A stretch of DNA of 63,364 bases, filler included, from Klebsormidium nitens (GCA_000708835.1; 4 parts of 4 records of this genome joined end to end with filler, not necessarily neighbours in it); one strand, 5' to 3'. Numbered from the whole stretch's first letter, positions 49,879 through 62,610 are shown. Notes: generated by a model not told the origin, from the letters alone. A program made the numbers and translations.

Positions 49879-49973
49879 TGCCGAAACTGTGGATCGAACA
49901 CAGGACCTTCTGTTGAGCTCGTCTAACCTCGCGGTTTTACAAGACAGATGCTCTACCACTGAGCCATTCCGGC
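49879..49973 (-). tRNA. tRNA-Thr(UGU) with a 23-nt intron after position 37
   Basis: GCCGGAA/TTTCGGC acceptor stem, GCTC-AGTGGTA-GAGC D arm, TCTGT/ACAGA anticodon stem with CT-TGT-A, CTGTG-TTCGATC-CACAG T arm; T-runs downstream. Confidence 0.93.
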
Positions 49974-50909
49974 GCGATGCCTTTTCGCGGCGTGCTTAAA
50001 CATTATATTGTATCTACTTCTGCTCAACCTGGTGCCTTTCTTAACCCAAAAGTGGCAGCTCGGGTCGTCTCTACCGCCCAGTCTCATCCCTAATAAAAGC
50101 GNNNNNNNNNNNNNNNNNNNNNNNNNNNNNNNNNNNNNNNNNNNNNNNNNNNNNNNNNNNNNNNNNNNNNNNNNNNNNNNNNNNNNNNNNNNNNNNNNNN
50201 NNNNNNNNNNNNNNNNNNNNNNNNNNNNNNNNNNNNNNNNNNNNNNNNNNNNNNNNNNNNNNNNNNNNNNNNNNNNNNNNNNNNNNNNNNNNNNNNNNNN
50301 NNNNNNNNNNNNNNNNNNNNNNNNNNNNNNNNNNNNNNNNNNNNNNNNNNNNNNNNNNNNNNNNNNNNNNNNNNNNNNNNNNNNNNNNNNNNNNNNNNNN
50401 NNNNNNNNNNNNNNNNNNNNNNNNNNNNNNNNNNNNNNNNNNNNNNNNNNNNNNNNNNNNNNNNNNNNNNNNNNNNNNNNNNNNNNNNNNNNNNNNNNNN
50501 NNNNNNNNNNNNNNNNNNNNNNNNNNNNNNNNNNNNNNNNNNNNNNNNNNNNNNNNNNNNNNNNNNNNNNNNNNNNNNNNNNNNNNNNNNNNNNNNNNNN
50601 NNNNNNNNNNNNNNNNNNNNNNNNNNNNNNNNNNNNNNNNNNNNNNNNNNNNNNNNNNNNNNNNNNNNNNNNNNNNNNNNNNNNNNNNNNNNNNNNNNNN
50701 NNNNNNNNNNNNNNNNNNNNNNNNNNNNNNNNNNNNNNNNNNNNNNNNNNNNNNNNNNNNNNNNNNNNNNNNNNNNNNNNNNNNNNNNNNNNNNNNCCCC
50801 CCGCTTTGTGAACTGGGTTAAAAGAGATCGACCGCTGCCAAACCCTGAACAATGGGCACAGACGAGGAATGACCAGGCAGGTCTACATGTACTTCAGCTG
50901 GCTAGTAGA

Positions 50910-52732
50910 ATGGCGCCCTTTCCCTTGAGCGAGGATCTTTTGGAGCTGGTGCTTGCTAAGCTACTCGACGCCAAGGTCAGGGACTCGTGTTCCTTGGTCT
51001 GCAGAGCCTTCAGGGCAGCGGAGCGCCGGACCAGACACAGCCTGCGCCTGCACTGCATGAAAAGGCAGATTGAGCACACGCCGACGTGCTTTCAGTGGGT
51101 CACGTCGCTGGACATCAGCGACATTGTGCCTCGTGACCGAGGAGCGAGTAGATGCACGTTTGAGCAGTTCTCGCACCTGGGAAGGTGCTTTCCAACGGTT
51201 CGGATGGTTACTTGTTATGATGGCCGGAATTTTGCGGGCACTGGGCCGCTGCCATTTGGTGGAGTTTGGCCTGACCTTCAGGAAGTCCTCTTCAAGGATG
51301 TTAGTTGCCCAGTGGACGAGGACCAGGCATCATCTCTCCTTGAGCGAGCCGGCCGGGGGCCTCTGATTGTGACGGACCTGCACAAGCCCCCAAACCCAGG
51401 GCGAGTAGGGCTGCTGCTGAAGGAGGTGCATTTCGTTCAATTCGTGGGCGACTCCTTGCTCAAGGCTCTGGCCAATGCAAGCCTCTCCAGTCTTGAAACT
51501 ATCAACCTCCAGCTGGAAAACAGTTGCTCGCTTTACCTCCTGCTTCAGGTGCTATCTGTAGAGAGTTGTCCGTGGCTCCGCACCCTGAATCTGGAGGTCC
51601 TCACTTGGGGGGATGATTCCGATTCAGAGAGCACGGACGAGGACAAGCCAGAGCTCTTTACAGATGCTAACCTAGGCATGCTGTTCGCGCAACTGCCATT
51701 GCTTACGTCCCTTAGGATTGGACTAGATGGGCCACGTACGTTCTCAAGGCTGCCTCTGAGTCCAACTCTGGTAGAGAGTCTGTGAACGCTGGAGTTCAAT
51801 GCTGGCCACGACGCGGATTGCCCCTCGAGCTTCAGCCTTGATCCAGTACGCCGATGCAGAGCTCTGGAGCAGCTCAGCTTGTTTGGCCTGTCCGATGTCT
51901 CGCTAGACTGGTTCTGTCGTCAGCTCACGTCCATCCTTGGAGACTGCCGCAACTTACGCAGCTTGTACGTGGATCTTTGGTGTGAGGAGGGGGAGATATC
52001 CCATCAGGAGGCCAAAGTGGTCCTTGAGAGCATTGCTAAGGCGGCACCACCAACTCTTACCCATCTGAATCTGACGAACTCTCGGGTAATCCCAGTTCCT
52101 AGTGGCAGACGGATCTTTGAGCTAGGCACCGCTTTCTGGCCCTTCAATCAGCTCTTGACGAGGTTGGACTGCAGTTTCTTTGCTTCCGCCGAACGCAAGT
52201 ATCGATTTACTGGCTGGGATAGGTTGGAACACCTCACGCTAGGTCGTGAGTCGGTGGTGGGGTTGTTGTCTTATGGCACCCAACTTGTGATCGTCTGCCC
52301 TTCCCTGAAGATTTTCGGGTTCGAGACAGACTTCTATGTGAATCTGACGTTTGAGGGCAAGCACGACCACCTTGCGACTCTGAATATTTGCATGAGAGTT
52401 GTTTTGCAGACATGAGTGATAGAGCTGGCGTCCAACGTTGCGTCCATTTGATATCAGACAGTCTCGGAAGGCTAGGGGCTTTGACTGACTTGACCATCTC
52501 CGCGGCCTTTTGTAGCAATTTCTATGTTGATAGGAGCGTCACAAAGGCGTTGGCTAGCCTCACGTCCCTCAAAATCCTGACGATAGCAACACCCTGGTGT
52601 GAGGACGACCCTCTGAACCCTTCAAACTTCGACGAGTTCTTGACTTGTCCGTCTCTAAGAGAGTTGCACGTACCCGAAATTGAAGGGAAGCAAGTATTGG
52701 ACTTTTATGATAGATTCTACGATCATGTATAG
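50910..52732 (+). pseudogene. MAX2/D3-like F-box LRR gene, intronless, with an in-frame TGA (51783-51785) and a frameshift near 52388
   Basis: F-box LSEDLLELVLAKLLDAKVRDSCSLVCRAF, then ERRTRHSLRLH...PTCFQWVTSLDIS, FVGDSLLKALA, TDANLGMLFAQLPLLTSL and LDPVRRCRALEQLSL. The frame continues past the TGA; the final LRRs are in a shifted frame. Confidence 0.7.
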
Positions 52733-53049
52733 AGTAAGTTGATCGGGTATGTAAGGCCAGGCCACTGGCAAGGACGCAGGCGATTATGACTTGCTCTAGT
52801 GATTCATTCCGGCTCAGCAGAAGTAGTGCGTTTCAACAGTAAGTGAGCAACCAATTTGAAAGGGTAAATAGCTCTTATTTCTTCAAGTGCGGAAATATGT
52901 AGCGGGCCCAGCCACCGCAACATTCAACCACTGAGACGCATTGGTGCATGATCGAGTTCTGGATATCATCCAGCTGCTTACTTCGATTATGCATGTGCAC
53001 CTACATATTGTGCAGTGGGTCGTTGCCTATGTATCTTCCTTCAGGCCAT

Positions 53050-53663
53050 GGCATCGTGTCAAAACATATGTGCAGTGGCGTCCGGAACTCCGGTTTTCGC
53101 AATTTTTCTTGAGGGGCTGGTGGCCGGTTCTCGGAGCACCGTCAAGATGACTTGAGGGGGCTGGTGGCCGGTGCCCGGCTGAATTTTCTGATAAATGTTT
53201 CATTATTCCCAGAATCATCAAAATCTCGCGTATGAGCCACTATTATCAGCCCCGTGTATGTACACTTGAGCCTGTCAGCCCCCTGCAAAAGGGCTGGAGG
53301 TTACGAGGCCACATCAACCGACTAGTCTCGAACCACACGGTCTAGCACAAATATCACCACATAACACGGATCGAATGCGTATAGATAACAGTGCTCTATT
53401 TTGCCTTTTATGTAAGTTGATTTCCTCGCCTAACCGAAATAGAGCACCTGAAAACAAGTTGTCACGTTTCGACAACTATCAAGCAGATATTGCACTCGCT
53501 CCATCCCCTTATATTCTCTAACCGGGTTTACTACATCGAGTCGGAACTTGGGTACCCCTGGTGCCCGGTGTATTTTGGGTCAAGTTTCGGTTGTACCCCC
53601 CTGGTGGCCGGTTTATTTTTCGGAGTTCCGGACGCCCTTGCAGAGATGTTTTGACACGATGCC
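53050..53663. mobile_element. MITE with ~45-bp TIRs and 3-bp TSD CAT (PIF/Harbinger-like)
   Basis: CAT|GGCATCGTGTCAAAACATATGTGCAGTGGCGTCCGGAACTCCG ... CGGAGTTCCGGACGCCCTTGCAGAGATGTTTTGACACGATGCC|CAT. Confidence 0.8.
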
Positions 53664-56603
53664 CATGGGCAAGTCGCGAGCCCTGGGGTTCAGAATTACA
53701 GGCGGCTGCTGTGCGCATTGAACTTACAACACACCTTGCTCAGGGCGGTTGCGAATTAAGATCCATGAAAAGATAAATGATTTGGTTTCACGTTCATGTG
53801 GCATGTATTAATTGCATACGGCACATCATGAGCTAGTTACATGCCTGGTTGACCATTCAAATTAGCACTAGAATCGTGCAATTATAATTGTAATGCATGA
53901 CCATCTGTGCACTGCAATTGCATGGTAACAAGCCGTGTGATTCTTCCTTGCTCACATGTGCGCAGTTCAACCGCATGGTTTGCAACACAGACTATGGTGA
54001 CTCGATCCCGCCGGCGTCCTACATACCGTCTTAATTGGTACTCCTCTCGGCCCTATCATTGTGTGAACATGCAACCGTTAAGGTAATATGCACATAGTAC
54101 GTCAAGAGGAAATATGGGTGGCAATCATTCTGCCAGCTTACGCGGGCATGAGATGCAGGCTCCCTGCATGACGCTGACGATTGAACAGTCGTGACAAATT
54201 CCCAGGTCCGAGTACTAACTTCCAAAATTCGCACACGAAGAAGAGCTTGCCAGAGAGCTAGACACGGATTACACTGAAACGAGTGGAATTGGCCGTCCAA
54301 CCTCAATGAGCTCGACTTTTGATCACATACTCAATTCGGAAGAAGTGACCAGTTGCGAAGCACAAAGACCGAAGGAATACACGAATAAGACTGGAGTGAA
54401 CCATGTACCAAGGCTAAAGAGTATCGAGTACTACTTAGATGCCGTCTTTCTCATGCTCCATTCTCAACCTGGGCGGAGCCAACGCTACCTATAAGTAGCT
54501 GCTTATGACGCATACCTTTGACCGCATACCCTCCTGCAGATGGACCCGAGCCAAGATCCATATGCTGACCAACCCTAGTAGACTACCTGCTTGAGCCGCG
54601 CAAAGAATGGAAGATGAGAACAAAAATGGAGTCTCTGGTCCCTGTCAATCCACTTTCTTGATGGACAGCTCCCACGGGCGCCGGGATCTCCGGAACAGGT
54701 ACCACCCAATGTAGCTGAGTACAACTGTCGGAAAAACAAAAGGAGAGTTGGGAACCCAAACCAGTTGTATGCAGACTCCCGGGATGATGCGCATATGGTT
54801 AAAACTTGAAGACCGCAAAGTCGATGATTCTGACCTTGCAGTGATCAGGCTGATCTGAGTGACATCACTGCCGGGAGTATTGGGTCCGAATCTTCACAGT
54901 TTTCCAGGACAGATTCTTAACCTCGTGCCTCAGAGAGTTTGAAAACCGAGTCCAATGTGAAGGTCAGAATCTCGGAAGTTGAAGCAAAAGAGTAGAGGGC
55001 CTTTTACTATCGGCGAACCGCGATAAAGCATCCACCCCACACCACATCGTTGACAGAGATCGAAAGGGGGCCCCCGATATACTCTCATGAGGACGTGTAT
55101 CCGGAATATTCCCGAGCTTAGCACTGGCGATAGTCGAAAACAGCATCTGAAATCGGACAGAGCGAGACGAGGGCCAAAGACAGTCTCGCACAAAGGCACT
55201 GTTAAAGATAACGTCTTCAGTGACGGAAGGTTCTAGGTGGAGCATCTTCAATCCCTTATAACAGGCCCGCAAGGCAATCTCGGACTTTCAGAACCATGCC
55301 GGAGGCAATAACAAAGTCTGGATTCATTCAAAAGGACTACGGAAGATGCAGCTCCACCAGAAGTGGGCCCAGGATACACTTTATGTTCACAGTTGCACCC
55401 GGTTATACAGATATAACCTCAGAAAGACTCGTCGTTGGACTAGAAGCGCGCGAGCAAGTGACGGAACATCAAGCAAGAGATTCAAACTTACGGACTGGCA
55501 CCCCAATAAAGACGATCGCCAGCCGGTATTTCGCGTGCCACACCAGGTTCTCTTCCGTCAGGCAACCCGTCCGTACCTCGCCGAGCGGCAGCCCGTTCGC
55601 CCCGGGCTGCACAGATGGAGAACACGTGTCACACAAAATTGTCAAGTATCGAACATCTGAGCCGTTAAGGGCTTCTAAGACGCTAAGCCTTTCTGTCTAC
55701 AGCTCGAATCAAGGGGCCGGAAGCCGCCAGTTAAGATTGCTACAGCGAAGCTTGCTCTACGGATGATGAGAGCCCGAACTCCAAATCACGCAGGGAGTCA
55801 AAGCGGGCGGTCGAACGGTTCGCCTGTATATGGACGGACGATGCGACGAATTTTGAAAGGGCATGTCGTTGAAACATATCTGAACGTTGCCGGCGGAGAG
55901 TGAGTCTCTTTAGGCTGACATCTTAATGCGTTCCACCGGCTGCACAACCGACTTGCGACCAAGGCCGGCAGCAGGACAACCTCGGGAAGACTTCCCAAAA
56001 GATCTGAGCATATCTCGGGTGACGCATTTGACGCTTCACTCACGTTGAATTTGTTTTTGGCACTTGTGGCTTTTGTCGCACAGTGTAAGAAGCACACAGT
56101 CAGAACACACGCAGGGGTAGTTTTAGGGGAACATTGGCAGGAACGGGCCAAATTGGGATTGCCTTACTAAGCCGAGGCTTACGCAGCGAGAGACAGAAGT
56201 TGCTGTGTGCGCAACCCCAGTCAGCTTACAAAAACATCCGTGAGTCGTGTTATTCGCATCAGAAAGCCGCTTGCGCAATTTGACGTGCGGGGATAAATCT
56301 ACTGTAAAGCCCTTCATTCTTAAATTTAGCGGATCATCGCAATTTGTAGGCCACGTGCTGGTGACGTACAGCCCTGCTTGTCGGGGGAACAGACAGGAGG
56401 AGATTGAATTCAACGAACGATAACACTAAGCCAAGATAATGATAAGCTCCCACTAACACTAAAACCCTAATGCAGCAACCTGCCTGCTCCGCACCCACAC
56501 CCACCCTAACCACCAAACCAACCCTACCCGTCCCAGTGCGGCGACCTCATTATTATCTGCGCTTAATAAAATCTGTATTGAGCTCAACCAGGAGGAGACT
56601 TAC

Positions 56604-59600
56604 TTGCAACGACGACAGGCGTAGCCGCACGGGCTTGTGCACCCGGTCCCCGTCCTCGTCCCGGATCTGCAGCTCGATCTCGACCGGGTCCGCCTCCCAG
56701 TCGATCGAGATGGTCGCAAAATTGCGGTTCGCTGCAGACGCAAAGGAGAATCATTGTTTTCTGAGGCGAGCAAGCTGCAAGCAAGTGATGTACCGCCTCC
56801 CAGTCAGTCGAGATGGTCGCAAAATTGCGGCTCGCTACGGAGGGAAGTAAAAATCCTTGATTTCCGAGGCGGGCAAGGTCTAAGCAAGTGATGAAGCGGA
56901 CGCGGAATGTGGGTTGAAGATGAATGGGGAGTAAAAAGAAGCGGAGGTAGAGTATCCTGTACCTGACAGCGAGCGAGATCTAGAGAGCACTAAAGAGAAG
57001 AAGGCCAGCGATAGGAGATGGAGAGAGGAGAAGCCAAGTTCTTGTAAGATTGTCGTGGAGGGGGGAGAAAGGAGCTCAACTACCAAAGACGTCGCTGTTT
57101 GGCACACGCGTCAGAAAAAGGAGATCGGACAAGAACTTCTGTCTGGCTATAAGGTGCATTGTGTGTCAACGTAGTGTGCATCTGATATTGACGTGACATC
57201 ATGATTGAAGACGAAGTGCTTGTCGACGAACTGCTTGCCAACAGCCCCCTTCATCGCATCAAAGGAGACGAAGAGCACACTTCAGGCACCCTTGGCGCAC
57301 TCTAGATTTCGCAGAATGCATACTGCGGTGCATCATGTTAAGAAAGAGCAACTCAGAAACGACCTTAAAGCAGACCGAGCGACTACAAGCCCCTGCTTCC
57401 TCCAGTTCAAAACATCCAAGCACTGGACTGCTCACAGTAAGGTCCAACTATTCGTCGGATACGTGGCACAAACACAGCGGCCAGCTTCATGAGCCAGCGC
57501 GTGGGGGCCTTCACCGACTTCTGCACGCCTTGCGTCAGCCCGCTCGAGGTCAGGTCGTGCAGCCGGTACCTGTGACCGGCGAAGAAGCATGTTAAGGTCT
57601 GGTTAAGAGTTAGTATCTGGTTAAGGGTTGAAATCTGGTCAAGAGTTCGTTTGGGTATTCTCGGGCGGCACCTACTTAACATGCAACAAACATCCCAAAA
57701 TCTCGCAGGAGCTGCGTCAGCCCGCTCGAGGTCAGCTCGTGCAGCCGGTACCTGCGACCGGGGAAAAGCCGGTTTAGAACTGGTTAAAAGTTCGTTTAGC
57801 AGCATCTTTAGGCGGCAATCAGTACGCTACGACTCATGGTGAAAAAGTTTCAGATATTGGACGCCCTGCATCAGCCCGCTCGAGGTCAGATCGTGCAACC
57901 GGTACCTGCGACGAAGGGGGTTAAGACTGATCAAGGTTTCGTGTGGGCATTTTCGGGCAATTGGTTAGTATGCAAATGACATGGTCAACCTCCCAGAACC
58001 TTGCAGTCAGCCGCTCGAGGTCAGGTCGTGTAGCCGGTACCTGTAGTCGGGTAAAGCCTGTAACAGTCTGGTTAAGGGTTTGTTTAGCAGCCACTTGCGG
58101 TGCCTTGAAGTGCTTCGATACAGGTTGGACTTGCGCTGCGTCGGCCTTGACTGACGTCACCTTGTCCAGCCAATATCTGCAACGGTAGTAACGGACCGAC
58201 AACAGAAATCGGTGTTTTGCGTACGCGGACTGGTATACATGGACGGTGTGCCCATAGTTCAACCAGATGCGCTGCTAAGAGGTGTAACCCAAACACATTG
58301 CGAGCTTCCAACTTTAGTACCGAGAAGCGAAATACTTGGCAACTTGGCACAAAAGAAGGATGCCAGTAGCCGTGCCGGAACGAGACCTTATAAAGGCTGG
58401 CAAGTTTTCGAACGTACAGGCTCGTGAGCGGCAGCTAGGATGTTGCAATAACAATGTCAGATAGGCTGCAGCCGAACTTAACGATTGGCACGAGATTCAG
58501 CAACCAGGTGACTTCTTTTGGACAGAGCGAGAAGTGTTCCTTGGGAGTTGGCCGGCGAAGGTTTTCCACTTGGCTCCTGAGCTCCAGTGTTCTTCAATGA
58601 AGAAGCAGTTCCATCGCTTTCGAGAAGTACAGGATTCAGAAGGATCCTCGATGCACAAGGACTCCTCTTCAATATCGCGTCTTCTTCTCTCATTCTCTGC
58701 AACAAAACGTAAGTGCCTCGACCACCAGATTTTTCTTTTTCTCTGCAACAAACGACTTTCCTCATTTCAAGCGCCAGTGAGCATCTTAACCCCCAAAGAG
58801 TGCTCCTATAGAGCGATTCGACTCACCCAATTGCGCAGTCTTCTCTGCTGATCTCCCCAAAGTGCACGTCCCCGCTCAGCAGGATGACTCCCCCCTTCTG
58901 CGACCGGTTGATCGTGTCGTACAGGCGTTTCCGGGCGGTGGGGTAGTGGCCCCACGCCTCGGTGTGGAAAAATGGCTGGACCAACTCGCTCAGGTGGGTC
59001 ACAACCTACCCCATGCAAGACAAGGACTAAAATCAGTTTCTTTGGTTGTCGATGCTCAAGATGTAACATTCTCAGACAATCTTGAGGCTTACGGCCGGCG
59101 GAACGGTTTGGGCAAGAGGTTTGAAGCGTCACTCTGAAACTAGAAAAGACGGTGATTCTTCCGTACTGGGGATGTGCCACGCGATTGTTGTCAGAACCGC
59201 CGCAAGCGGACGGGGGACCATGAGAACTTCGACCCATATAATAGGGGTCTCACAATCTGACGAAACTGCAGTCCCGTGCAAAAGCCGTCTGTATCCCCGT
59301 TGAACATGTCAGGATCTTCGCGCCCGGTGACTATCCAAAAGTCTCGCGCAGCACACTCAATATCGTCCACGGCGCGAAATCAGTCCCTCCCGTCCGAACC
59401 CCATCTCACACAACTCCGGGCACGACCTAAGCCACGTATTGCCGCGTCCAAACCCTCTCAAAATGCAATCGGCAACGTACCTGTACGGACGACCCGATGA
59501 TGTGTATCTGCGCATCGCTCGTTTCGAGCTCGTGCTCCAGCCACTGCCACTGCGCCTCTCCCAAAACATCCCCGTCGCTCCACTTTGCGTCCCGGTTGTA

Positions 59601-62600
59601 CCGCGTGTCGAGCAGAAATACTTTCACGCGCCGCCCGGGGGGACCGTACGTGTAGGCCGCATACACGCCGTCTTGCTTCCGCCTGCAGCGGAGGGTTTAC
59701 TTTCATCATAACTTTTCACTTTCTCGAAGCAAGGTCCAGGTATCAAAAAGATGGGTAGAAATGGAAATCAGAAGGATTGTTAGTGATCTTTGAGTTGCTC
59801 TTCAAAACGGAACCTTCAAATGGTGTCCGACAGCGAACACGTCAATGATGGTTTGCTCTGCTTTTGCACCAACGAATTGTGTGCGATAACATTCTTGCTG
59901 CCAACCGTATCATGATGCTGGCAGCTAACAACATCTATGCCTCACACAAGAGGACGACTCCCCTGCCCTTCACTTCAAAGGACACAGGCCGGCGGAAGCT
60001 ATGCATGATTCTTATCCATATGTTCCGTCAATCTAAATACGTACCTAGGGCTGTCCTTCGGCTCCCCGATAAAGTCCAGCATCAGTCGCATGCTGTCTGC
60101 TTTGCCCTCAAACTCCTTCCCCGCGTCGTTCAGCCCGTAGTCGTGATCATCCCAGGTACCTACGACCTGCAAGCATTCAGAAAACGGACCCTGAATAACC
60201 TGTAACCTTAACAGCCGTTAAGGTGTCCATAAGCCAAAACTTCAATCAGCAGGCCCACTGCAGGCCCACTGCCCCAAGTGATGGGAACGATCGAGTCTCG
60301 TATTATCGGAGGAAACCTTGTCGCTATAGCACACACTGCTGGTCAGATAGCAGCTTTTTTACCTTTAGAACTGTCCCCCTTCAAATATTCCACCGTTTCA
60401 GAAGTCGACCCCGATGTCCAGAAGCACCCAACGTCCTAAAAAGGCCCATGAGATGCTAAGTCAATTCACGATCGTTGTGAGGCATTTTGAACGCTTCAGT
60501 GTGGCTGAAGTGGGCCAATCGATCTCCACAGCTTGCGACGACCAGTCAAACATTTATGAAACGCTGAACAGAGCTTTAACTCATACGGGCCTTGACTACA
60601 AGTTGCTCAACGATTGAAAAACGAGACCCGCTGGTCTACTTTCTCGGTCAGTCCCGAAGGTGAAATCAGCCTTGCCAGAGCCTAGCATTCAACCATATTG
60701 GATGAAAAGAAGTGCAGCATCCAGCTTCCGCTTCCGCACATCTGGACCAGGACATGCTGAAACAAAACATAAACTCCGGTACCAACTATTAGAGCGCTTA
60801 CATGAGTCCTCTGCTTCAGCTGCACGTACCCCGGCTGCGCATTCTGCAGCGCATACTGCTTGGCCATCACCTCATTGGACACCGGAACGAACCGGGGCGA
60901 CGGTCGCCACGGCCCCACATTTCTTTTCGGCCCCAGAAGCACCATGTTCCGCTTGGTATCCGCATAAATGTTGTCGCCGAGCCAGATCCAAAGCTGGGGA
61001 TGGTATGCGTTAATTGCATTCCAGATAGGCTGCAGGAGTAAGAGGTTGTGAGCGTCAAAGGCAAAACTTGAAGGGGGCAACAGTAAAGAAAGGGGCGCTT
61101 CTGTTTTTCAGAACCACCATTGTTTTCTTCAACGTCCTAAATTGGATGAAATTTTTCGGCCTCAAATAGGCTCAGCCCTTACATGTTGAATGGTGTTTTC
61201 TGTACTCAGCTGAGCGACTCAGCTGTCTCAGTTAGTGTGGTAGACTCTCGTAAAAACTGCAGAGTAACAGGCTGTCTGGTGTGAAGACAGAAAAGAAGGC
61301 AAAGAAGGAAAGATGTAACATCTCAAAGCGGACTGTATTGACTTTTCTTTTTGCAGTCTTGTTACAGAAGCAGGAGAAAAGCAGAATCCAAAGCAATGAT
61401 TGTGTCCTCGGATGAGTGGTGTCATCTCCTGTGGATACACATCCATAAACCGTCTCCATCAAGCTCTCTGGGGTAAGCCCAAAACTGATCAGGAATTGCT
61501 TTAGTGATAGCCAAGCCCTGGCAGCTGATTTTAGAAAGGTTTGTCTCCCAAAGGGCACTATTCAGCAGATAAATAATTCAGTGAGAATGTCTTCAGTAGC
61601 CTTCTACAATTGATCTTGCGACCAAAGATGAGCACTCCAAGTCAAACCACAATCCTAGTATCGGAGAAATGTCTGACGAGTCTGTAGATAACGGATGCGT
61701 ATAGCTATTGCAGGTGCGTCCAGACCTGTAAATAACTAAACTGCTTCATTGTGTACAAAGCAATCAAGCATTCTGCTCAAATCCAACTTTTGGTGGTGGC
61801 ACTGCCCTCACAAACAAACAGTGACACGCCCTGGCTGCCAAATACTTAAGATCGAACAAACAGTGCCAGCTCACATGGTGGTACTCCCAAGAAAGCTCAC
61901 AAAGATAACACAGTAAAGTAAAAATGGATAGGAACCATCAAAGCTCTCACTCAAAAGTCCCCTCCTTGACCACACAAAAATAGACCTGACTAGGAGAGAA
62001 AGGGGATGAACAAAGAAGTGAACCATCTACAAGTAGATGTTTTAGACAAATGATGCTGACCCCTTCAGATCAACCTTTCCCTGCACTATGCTGCTGCCGC
62101 AGCAGAACCACCGCATCCATCAGATGTGTAACCAAGTGACCTGGTCATAAGGTGCGCCAGCGAAATGGAATCATCGAGCTGACCCAACCAATATTCTTGT
62201 ATGCCGGATCCGACGACACAGACTCGTCAGGCTTTTTGAGCATGGATTCGATTTAGCTGTTTAGTGCTGATCACTGTTCTTCCCTGGGCTGTGTTATTTC
62301 CAAAGGCGCCTGCTCTCAGAACACATGAGTTCCTCCATTGACAATGACGAATGCATCGCAGCAGCTGAATTGCAACAGATACATCGCACCGTTCAGCACA
62401 CTAGGAAATGAAGAACCGAGGAATCACGGAAGCACGCACCTGCTGAATGGTCTGGTTTATGCAGGAACCAAATGCGATCCTTGTCAGAGGCTCTGTGTCG
62501 AGATTGGGGAGCTGGGAAGACTTGATGAAATCTAAGGTGGCACTTGCATGATTAAAGTACAAGGCAAGAACTATTGTCAGGAACAGCTTGACCAATTGAC

Positions 62601-62610
62601 TGGCTGCCAT
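56604..62610 (-). CDS. PhoD-family alkaline phosphatase/phosphodiesterase with N-terminal signal peptide; last exon(s) below 56604 unresolved
   Basis: Phase-consistent exons 62610-62440, 61029-60802, 60166-60045, 59682-59481, 59005-58827, 57569-57436 and 56731-56604. Motifs [62 protein letters not shown]. Confidence 0.92.
56732..56860 (-). repeat. Duplicate of the PhoD exon-7 acceptor plus ~40 nt of exon
   Basis: CCGTAG|CGAGCCGCAATTTTGCGACCATCTCGACTGACTGGGAGGCGG at 56834 versus the real CTGCAG|CGAACCGCAATTTTGCGACCATCTCGATCGACTGGGAGGCGG at 56731. Confidence 0.88.
57570..58085 (-). repeat. Tandem copies of the PhoD exon-6 acceptor plus ~40 nt of exon
   Basis: CAG|GTACCGG(C/T)T(G/A)CACGA-CTGACCTCGAGCGG with starts at 58040, 57905, 57751 and the real 57569. 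Confidence 0.9.

Noticed and set aside
51783-51785. Selenocysteine or programmed readthrough at the TGA
   Set aside because: The context fits an LRR Arg codon mutated at a CpG, and a second lesion exists downstream.
55798-56413. Candidate terminal PhoD exons
   Set aside because: Open frames exist, but I could not find a phase-consistent acceptor with confidence.
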